From Amoebidium appalachense (lineage: Eukaryota > Protista > Ichthyosporea): a DNA stretch of 64,000 nt. Of this stretch, positions 39,601-64,000 are shown piece by piece. The first letter of the stretch is position 1, and each line of letters begins with the position of its first letter. The stretch covers positions 3,128,722 to 3,192,721 of the forward strand of contig CAVNZM010000013.1 of assembly GCA_963693365.1 (NCBI GenBank), read 5' to 3'. The translations under genes and the position numbers were made by a program. The notes beneath the pieces are model-generated. The model did no database searches. It saw only the letters and a list, made by a program, of their open reading frames with translations, and was not told the DNA's origin.

Positions 39601-40388
39601 CGTATATTTAAACAAGATAAAAAACTCGACAAAACAGCCACCATGATACGCACTAATATTACTATGCTAACGTGATTGTTAGGCACGATAAAGACTTGTA
39701 AGACCCCTGTTGGCACAGTCACATAAATCGCCCAGTGCAAAGATGTGACCCCCCCCCCCCCCCCCCCCCCCCAACCCCTCTCCCCGAAAAAAAAGACAAA
39801 AAAAGCGCCACCATCATCCACCAGACCACCCACCCAGAGGCCCCCCCCCCCGGCCCCCCCCCCCCCCCCCCTTCCCCCCAGCCCGCCCACATTTTATTGA
39901 TTCACTAGTGACCAGGCGGCGGGGGCGGTTGGGGTAAGAGGGGGGGGGGGGGGGGGGGGGGAGGGGAGGGGGGGAGGAGGGGGTCAGTGATGGTGAATGC
40001 ACACTGCACCATCCCAGGGAGCAGGCAGCACCTCCAATGGGGTGAACACCTCTGGCGAAAACATAATCTCGTAACATTAAAATAAAAGGGTAGAAGTTTA
40101 CCAGCATTAGTAACCAGCAACGTGCACGTTAGCGTTCTTAGCCTCCCCCTTGTATGTTCGGCCTTCCAAAGTTCTTTCAACACTGTATAAGTATCATTGT
40201 TGTTTGCGTTATACCGACCCCCCCTCCCCCCCCCCCCCCCCCCCCCCCCTCCGCCCCCGTTCTTCCCCTCCTTCCCCCCCGGCTCTCATAGTCTCAAGTC
40301 CTTCTTTTTTTCTTTTCATGTTCTTTTTTTCGCAAGGTAGATACGGAGGGGGTGGGCAGCCCCTGCGGGTGGCGGAGCGGGAGGGGTG

Positions 40389-40451
<63 letters not shown>

Positions 40452-41287
40452 GGAAGAGGGTGGGGGGGGGGGGGGGGGAGAAGGGAGGGAGGGGGGGGGG
40501 AGAAGGGGGGGGGGGGGGGGAGGGGACAATCGACTTAGAAAATACTGCGCATCAGACTCTAAAGACATGTCACAGAGTGGCAGTGGTTCTTGGGAAGGGC
40601 AGAAAAGGGGGCCGGGATGACATATTCAGGGGCAGGGGGAGAGGGGGGAGGGGGAGAGGGGGGAGCTGGGAGGGGGGAGGGGGAGGGGGGGGGGGGGAGG
40701 GGGGTGAGAATCGGTGAAGGGCTAACCATTCAGCAACTGTTCAGGGGTGACCTTCCAAACATGGGGCCTGCCTCGGTAAGCCTGTGAGTGGACACAAGCC
40801 CTTGCTGCAAACGTGGCACCACCACCCTAGTGACTTGCATATGTGGACGGGGATCCAGGCCAGGTGGGAGGAAGCAGGGAAAGGTGGGATGGGTGAAGGG
40901 GTAATAATTCAGCAGCTGCTACTGAGGTGGCCTCTTGACCATGAGGGCTACCTTGGCAAGCCATGATGTGAAGAAAGTTGCAAACCACCATAGTGGCATG
41001 CAGATATGTGGACGGTCACCAAACTAACGGAAGTGAAATCAGCTGGTGTTGAATGCACAAAGTTGTGGCTGTGATTGTGGGACAGAATCATCAGCGAAGA
41101 TCAAAACTGAAATGTATGTATGGACATAGACAGTTTTTGAGCATACATTTGCCCCAGACCCCATTTTCGCCACTTTCATCCCCCCCCCCCCGTCCCCCTC
41201 CGGGATTCCAGTTTCACCACCCCGGGGAGATCCCAATATCGAGCACCTTGGCACACCACTTCCCCGAAACAGAGCTCAAGTTACCCC

Positions 41288-41318
<31 letters not shown>

Positions 41319-41360
41319 AAAAAAAGTTGAAAACTTTCAGACAAAAGCGTTAACATTCTC

Positions 41361-41413
<53 letters not shown>

Positions 41414-41658
41414 AAAAAAAACCACATCACCCCGACCGCCACCACCAGGGCCACTACAGCCACTACCACCACAACCACCACCCACCCGCCCACTCTGTGG
41501 AGCTTCTATAGTAAAAAAAGAACAAAAAAGAGGAGTTAGGGGAGGGGATGAGCATGGGGGAAGTGGTGGGGGGGGGGGAGGGGGGGGGGGAGGCGGAGAT
41601 GTTAGGAGCCAAGGCAAGAGGGAAGGGGGAAGGGAGGGTAGGCGGGGATGGGGGCTTT

Positions 41659-43117
<1,459 letters not shown>

Positions 43118-43186
43118 GCTTTACAGGGGGGGATATAGTTACCTTTAAACGCTATGACTATTTTTCAGTTTTTTTTTTTTTTCCCG

Positions 43187-43221
<35 letters not shown>

Positions 43222-43996
43222 GGGGGGGAGGGGGGGGGGGGGTGGGGGGTTGGGGTGGGGGGGGGGGGGGGGGGGGGGGGGGGGGTGAATTTGGAGCCTC
43301 TGTTTGGGGAAGAGTTATGTTAGGGGCGGGTTGTTTGGGTCTCTTCAAGGGGATAGAGCGGTGATCCCCTAAGGGCCGGGGGGGCGGGGGAGGGGGGCGG
43401 GGGGAGGGAGGGATGGGTATTGGGGACTCGTTGAGGGGATGGAGTGGGGATCACCGGGGGTTGAAGGGGGGAGGGGGGGGGGGGGGGAGATTTAGGGGGG
43501 GGGGGGGGGGGGAGGGGGAGGGGGAGAGGGGTGACGATTTCAAGTTACGCGGATATGGCAGGGCAAAGTTAAACTGCCTGTATGGATACGTTTCGGTTTT
43601 GACCTTAACTGCAAGTCCCTGAGGCAGCTATCAATTAGGGCATCATTGATCCGTACACCCTGTTCCACAATTACAGCCACGGCTTTCAGTGCATTCAACA
43701 CCGGCTGATTTCACTCCCGTCAGTTGAGTGACCACCCATATAAATGCATATGCCATGTGTGTTCGTGGTGGTTTGCAACCAACTGCTTAAACTTCAGAAT
43801 CTTCTCAAGGCTTGCCAAGGCAATTCTTGTGATTCGTAAGGTCGTCCCTTAGCTGTTGCTGAAAGATTTAGTCCTTCACCGAATCGGTTCCCCCCCCCCC
43901 CCCCACCCGAAGATACCCCACCTTTTTCTGCCCTCTCGAAGAACCCCCACCACATGCGTACCGAGCTTGGTGTGGTGTATGTTCCTTATGTCAACC

Positions 43997-44037
<41 letters not shown>

Positions 44038-44076
44038 TCTCCCTCTCTCCCTCTCTCCCTCTCTCTCTCTCTCTCT

Positions 44077-44145
<69 letters not shown>

Positions 44146-44148
44146 CCC

Positions 44149-44180
<32 letters not shown>

Positions 44181-45336
44181 TGATACTGCCCACCCATTCA
44201 TAACCCCCTCCAAGCCTCCGCATCTACCGTCGCGAAAAGAAAAAAAAAGGCGGATAGAAAAAGAAGGGCCTGAGACTAAGAGAGCCAGGTGGTGGAGGGA
44301 GGGGGGGAGGGGGAGGGGGGTGGAGGGGGGAGGGGTAGCGGGAAATTTTCACGATAAAAAGATGTTTGCACTGGACGATTTCTGTGACTGTGTCAACACG
44401 GGTTTTCCGGAGGGTTTTTTCATGCCTGATGTCCATGTTAATTAGGGTAGAAACTTGATTAACAAACGTCATAGTAGCTGTTCTGAGTTTTTTATCATGT
44501 TTCGGGCAGCTCAAAAAATTGACTTTATGTTCCTCTATAACCCCCCCCCCCCCCCCCCCACCCCCGACCACACACACTATCCACCCACACACCCATCAAG
44601 TCTACTTGAAGCCCTTCTTTTTCTATACGTGGTTGTTTTTTGCCTTGCAGAAGTAGATATGGAGGCTGGGAGGGGACCGGTTACGAGGGGGGAGGGAGGG
44701 GGAGGTGGGGGGGGGGGGGGGGGGAGGAGAAATTGAAATAAGAAAATTAGGCGTGCCAGGCTCTGGGTGTATGGTGTTTTTTGGGAGGGCAGAGAAAGGG
44801 GGCCGGCCCCAGCCGGGGTATAATCAGGGGGAGGAGGGGGGGGGGGGGGGGGAGGAGGGGGTGGGGGTGGAAGGAGGGTGCGGTGAAGGGCTAGTCATTC
44901 AGCAGCTGCTAAGGGCGGCCTCTTTGACTATAGGGGCTGCCTTGGCAAGCCTTGAGGATGTGCAAACCACCATGGTGGCATGCATCTTGTGTGGATGGTC
45001 ACCCGTGAAGTGGAGTGATATCAGCTGGTGGTGAATGCACAAAGTTGTGGCTGTGATTGTGGGACAGGATGTATAGTGAACATATAGATCAATTTAGCCC
45101 TCATCGGTAGCTGCCATTAGGAGCTGGTACTTACAGCCAAGATAAAACTGAAATGTATCCATACAGACATTTTTTGAGCAAAAAAAGGCCCTAGACCCAT
45201 TCGCCAATATCATGCCCCCCCCCCCCCCCCCCCCCCCTCTCCGTCCCGAGGATTCCAATTTCACCACCCCGGGGAGATCCCAACATCCAGCCCCTTGGCA
45301 CACCCCTTTCCCGAAACAGAGGCTCCGAATCATTAA

Positions 45337-45367
<31 letters not shown>

Positions 45368-45856
45368 TTTTCCATCCACTTCTCCCTTCCCCTTCCCTGA
45401 ACACCCTCCTCCCACACACAATACGTGGTCACCGTGGTACATACCCGGCATGTGCACCGCACGAGCACACAGACAGACAGAGACACAACACACAGACACA
45501 CACACGCACGCACCCACACCCACACCCACTCCACCCCCATCCCCACCCCCACCCCCACACACGCACAAGCACACGCACACATGCGCACACTCACCCACAC
45601 ATATATACACAAAGTGCTACGTTCGGAAGGGCTTCACGCTCGCTTTTATCTCCAACGCTCTTGCACTCTCCTTCTTCTCTTCCCCTCCCCACCCCCCTCC
45701 CCCTTCCCCCCCTCTCTCGCTCTTCCTCTCTGCCCCCCCCCCCCCCCCCCCCCTCTCTCTCTCTCTCTCTTGCGCATGCTCGCTCGCTCGCCTTCCCCGG
45801 GGAAGTTCCCCCCCCCCTTCTCTCCCTCGCTCTCTCGCTCCCTCGCTACCCAGCTT

Positions 45857-45901
<45 letters not shown>

Positions 45902-46362
45902 TTTCTCTCCTCCCCCACGCTACTTTCCCTCCCTCTTACTTTTTCTCTTATCGCTCACCCCTTGACCTCTCTCTCACGGTCTCTAATACTAAACTGAGTC
46001 TCTATGCAGAAATCTTTGCTACTCATGCGGTTTGGAATGTTTGCCATCACTTGCCACATTGAAATTTAATAGAAACCACGCGTTTTGGATATTCTTGTGT
46101 TTCATATGTAGCTCTCATGCAATTAATTGATGCTTCGAAATGAAGAAACGGGTTGATGTGCGCATCGCATGGCAGCTACTAGGTCGCAACTCCTTGGCCT
46201 GGCGCCCATAACAACCAGGTGGTTCTACCCTAAGTGGACTTGAACTCTGGAAAAATAGCTTACTTTTATTTCTTTTAATTTAATACGCCATACAACGCAA
46301 ACATCAGTCTTATAAACATGGTCCGGTTGTTATTACTTTTTTAACGGTTACACTAATGGTTA

Positions 46363-46620
46363 TACCGTCCGCGAATAAGAACATCCGCCAATAAGATTTC
46401 ACCCCCGTCAAAATCGATTTTTTTTTTAATTCTGCCCCCCCGCTGGTTTTCGGGATGATCTTATTGGCGGTCGGATGAATAAATCATGCTGTATGCCTCC
46501 CCCTTCATTAAGATTCTGACGCCGACCCTCCAAAAAAAAAAAAGAAAACCCTCCAAACAATTTAAGATTCCGCCACCCGGCCACATTTTGAGGGGTTCTT
46601 ATTCGCGGACGCTATCTGTA
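46363..46620. mobile_element. MITE, Tc1/mariner-pogo-like (TA-flanked)
   Basis: The inverted repeats CGTCCGCGAATAAGAAC and GTTCTTATTCGCGGACG lie near both ends, with TA dinucleotides outside. An internal IR is CCGCCAATAAGAT / ATCTTATTGGCGG. Confidence 0.65.
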
Positions 46621-46866
46621 ACTGTAAATTACTATTATAAGCACGGCCCTCTGTTAGCGAAACTTTTGCCAATGCTTCACCGTGTTTGCGCGACTCAACG
46701 GCGATGCGCAACTGACAGCCGCTTCTCTTTGCATGATATGAAGCTGCTGCTGAAATAACAAACCAATGAATACTAGATAATATAGTTAAAGTAAGTTAGC
46801 TTATTCGATTGGCTACAACCAGACAGCATAAAAACTAGCGTGATAATTTAAAGGTCAAATGTTGCA

Positions 46867-46973
46867 GTGCCATATCGCGCGATGGCGAGAGCAACTCGTG
46901 TGCCATATCGCGCGATTGCGAGAGCAACTCGCGTATATAAATTGAACCCTAATTGAACCACAACCATTCACTC
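46867..46973 (+). promoter_or_regulatory. Candidate core promoter: 32-bp direct repeat x2, TATATAAA (46934-46941), Inr-like TCACTC
   Basis: GTGCCATATCGCGCGAT(G/T)GCGAGAGCAACTCG is duplicated directly before a TATA box, ~120 bp upstream of the ATG at 47059. Confidence 0.5.
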
Positions 46974-47058
46974 TTGCTTGTTCAGGAGTTGAAGTATCGG
47001 ACACTCTGATGGGCATCTTTTCACAGCCACGCACAGACGTGATCGGAGTACAGGCAAC

Positions 47059-48165
47059 ATGGCATTACTCATTCCCACAAACGCCAACAACAACCTTCAA
47101 GAAAAAGGCAATTTGCCCTTTCTAGATGAGATACGCAACGGGTGCGTCCTTCCCAAGGACACCAAACTACCCCGTTTTTACTGGCAGAAAAAGGAAACGC
47201 TGAGACAACTTGGTCAAGATGCAGCGAACGATTCACTCCATTCGCGACTTCCAAACAAGGGTCAATGGTTAGCCGTGATATCAAACGGCAAAGGCGGATT
47301 TTTGAACACCATGTTCCCAATTCAAGTGCATAGAAGTCGTCGCTCTGCCGTCGATCAAACACAGGTCACATGCGAGATCTTTAGTGCGCAACATCGGTCG
47401 TGGTTGACCGAGCCCAGGGCGGCGAAAAGAAGGACGAAGGAAAGAAAGATGAGAGAATTCACGAGTTGGAGAGAAAGTTGGCCCTAATGGAAAAAGAGCG
47501 GGTGGGGGCGACGGAGACAATAGCGGCATCGAAGAGAGAGATTGAGAAAATGAGAAGTAAAATGGAGGGGAAAGAGGAGGATGTCGGAAAGAAAAACAAG
47601 AGGATTAGCGACTTGGAGCATCAGTTGTCGTTACAGAAGGATCACTACACTAAGGACAAGGAGGAGATAACGGCACAGCTGAATAACCAGAGGAGGGAAA
47701 GGGGTCGTGCTGAGAACGAACAGCGGAAAGTGAAGGAAGAGAACGAGAGGTTAAAGGGGGCATGCACGCGGGAAAGACTTCTGAGGGAGAGAGAAAAAGA
47801 CGAACTGAACCGGAAAAATGGAGGCGGAGATGGAAAAACTGAACCGGCAAATGGAGGCGGTGACGGAAGAATTAAACAGAGTGAGCAGTGTGCATGAGGA
47901 CAATGTGCAGGAGATCGACAGGTTGAAGGTTTCGTTGACTGAAAGCGAAAAATCTGCAAACATGGCCAAGGAGCGAGCGGACGTTTTGGAAAAGATCAAC
48001 TCATCCCTTATTGAAACGCACAAGCGGGAAATAGAGATGACACAGCAGCGGGTTAAACAGCTGCACGAAGAGTTGGCAAGGGAGCAGGGGAGGGTGGTGC
48101 GTGCGAAACATGGAGAGAAAAAGGCACGCATGGAACTGGAGAGACTGAGAGAAAGTTCGCTGTAG
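47059..48165 (+). pseudogene. Intronless coiled-coil protein gene broken into three frames (pseudogene or assembly indels)
   Basis: Overlapping ORFs are 47059-47487, 47400-47897 and 47818-48165; the last two are E/K/R heptad-rich. The shift near 47815 is one extra A relative to the sister repeat (CGGAAAAATGG vs CGGCAAATGG). Confidence 0.65.
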
Positions 48166-48239
48166 GCTTGAATGGTTTGTGTGGGTGGATGGATAGTATT
48201 ATCAAGGCAAGCACGGACCGGTTCTAGAATCACCTGTTG

Positions 48240-48280
<41 letters not shown>

Positions 48281-49634
48281 CTTTTTTGGTAAAATATGAT
48301 TAGGGCTACACTTTTTTACATTGGTGGGCATTAAGTGTACATATGTTTTGCAGGTGATCTTCCAGTGGATCTTGCATGTTTCGTGTGATGATTGAAACAA
48401 TTAGCAGTAGTGGCGTTGCACTATATTACATATATATATATTGGTGGCAGCAACCCTTTGGGTGCGTGTTCGTGGTGATACTGGCAAGGGCGCGTATTCG
48501 TGGTGATACTAGCAAGCCTTATTGATAACTTTTCCTACCTTGCGTTCAGTGACTGGTGCTAGTAATTAAACAATTACTACCTATACAAGGGCAACGCATT
48601 TTGTACTCCATCTCACGGTGTGAGTTGCACGACGTTGAAATATTGAACCGTTCACTCTGCAATCACTCCTTGATCCTGACAGCACGTGCATGCGCATGTG
48701 TTCTGTGCCTACACTTGGACGTCCGGTGTACATGCCCAATAAAACCGTTGTGTAGACCTTCAGCTGGGGCTCGTGCATCACACATATATTATGCTGAGTC
48801 ACTTGCACTTGGCGATGAACTTCGCACGCACGGTATACGTATGTACGGTACGCATGTGTAAGCATGGAATGTGTGGTGAAACAAAAACCATCATGCTATG
48901 GATATAGCGCTTTACCGCTGGTTATGGGCTGAACCTGAGCCTCAGTAAGTAAGCTGCTCTTGCACAGTCGTGCTAGCTAGCGCTCAGCGCAACTGGCAAG
49001 GCTTCATGATCAAGACGAACTGTTCAACAGCCTGACAGTCTCGAGCTCGCGTCGACAGTCCACGGCAGCCGGCGGTTGCGCAACCGGCAACTGATGACGT
49101 CATTCGCATTCAACGTCACTCATGATCAGTTGCCTCACAACTTTGATGCGCGTTGATCTGTTCTCAGTGGGCGAACAAAGTCTTCATGCCTTCTCGGAGA
49201 TTTCAGTTTTTTGTTTGCCTCATTTCAGTCCCTGTATTTTGAAGTTATTCCTCGCACTTACGAAGTTCATATAGCTTTAGGAAGGCACATGTAGCTGTTT
49301 CAGGTTCAAAACATCGTCAGCTGCATAATTTTTTTTTTTTTTTTTTTTTTTAAGAACATGGGCTTTTCCCCTAGACCCTTGACCTGTTGGGCCCACTCAT
49401 GTTAGGTGGCATGATTTTTACACGAGGTTAGGGAGCACTTCATTTGCGGCTGGGGCTCAACAGGGTCACCTATATTGACCGCTCTTGCCGTTCTGCTGCA
49501 TTCGATCTTGCACATACATCCACACACCACTACACACTACGTTATCATTTTCCCTTTTTTGGCAGGGTGCCTTTTAGCACGAGGGTGGGTGTTTGGGAAA
49601 AACTGCTGATGTGTTGTGGAGGTCAAAGAGGGAG

Positions 49635-63329
<13,695 letters not shown>

Positions 63330-63332
63330 GTA

Positions 63333-63363
<31 letters not shown>

Positions 63364-64000
63364 CCCCCCCCCCCCCCCCAAAAAAAAAAAAAAAAAAAAA
63401 AAAAAAGCTCTCATCCCAATCTTTGTTTGTGCTTTCCTGTGTTTATTCCATTTCTTCCCCCTTTTTCGTCCCTCCCCTCGGTGCCCAACTCCCTCTAAAT
63501 GCATTTGCGTGCAATAGTTTGTATCCCCCCCCCCCCCCCCCCCCCCCCCCCTTCCTCCCCCCCCCCCCGTCCCCCCCTCCTCCCTCCCCCCTCCCCCTGT
63601 TCCTCCACCCCCGGTGACGGAGTATGGGGTTTTTTCGACTGCAGATCTCATCGTTTTTTAGTATTTTAATGTGTCTAGTCTGTCGGTCTAACACTGCCGA
63701 GGTTAAAATCTTAATGTTTTAATCCTTTCAGTGTATTGGTTGAACGGGCCAAGTGGGTGTATGCTGTACATGTTGGTGATCACCATACACCACCGATCAC
63801 TAACATGCACCACATAAACCCCCCTCCCCCAAAATTTCCAAAACCAAAACCAGCGGCGATTGTGCTCACGGCCCAAGGAGTCACAGCACCCCCTATAAAA
63901 CCCCCCCAAACTCACCGCCAGCCGTCTGTTGAAAAGGACAAACCCCCCAAAGTTGAGAAAGAAGTGCACCCAGTTTTCTTCTGCAAGGTTCGATGCTATC

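Overview
Eukaryotic, probably opisthokont, intron-rich DNA saturated with poly-G/C runs and (CA)n/(GA)n microsatellites; most ORFs in the supplied track are microsatellite artefacts. Host genes rebuilt by hand from phase-consistent GT-AG exons: ROMO1/Mgr2 (-), a Golgi-type GH47 alpha-1,2-mannosidase (+, head-to-head with ROMO1), an orphan ~7-8TM membrane protein (-), a frameshifted coiled-coil gene (+), and a multi-exon Tudor-knot/chromo-barrel protein gene (+) with an initiator tRNA-Met gene in one intron. The centre (~17.5-45.4 kb) is a decayed duplication array. It holds a full-length 11.6-kb non-LTR retrotransposon (14-bp TSD; APE-RT-RNase H-CCHC) whose polyprotein carries a ~3.6-kb coding 216-bp minisatellite (~1200 aa, Gln/Pro-rich), plus an internally deleted LTR element with a 5-bp TSD. 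A tRNA-headed SINE at 16.4-17.0 kb shares a structured 3' tail with that LINE. Two MITEs and a duplicated, structured intronic element (ncRNA candidate) are also present. No database search was possible; all calls come from manual motif reading.
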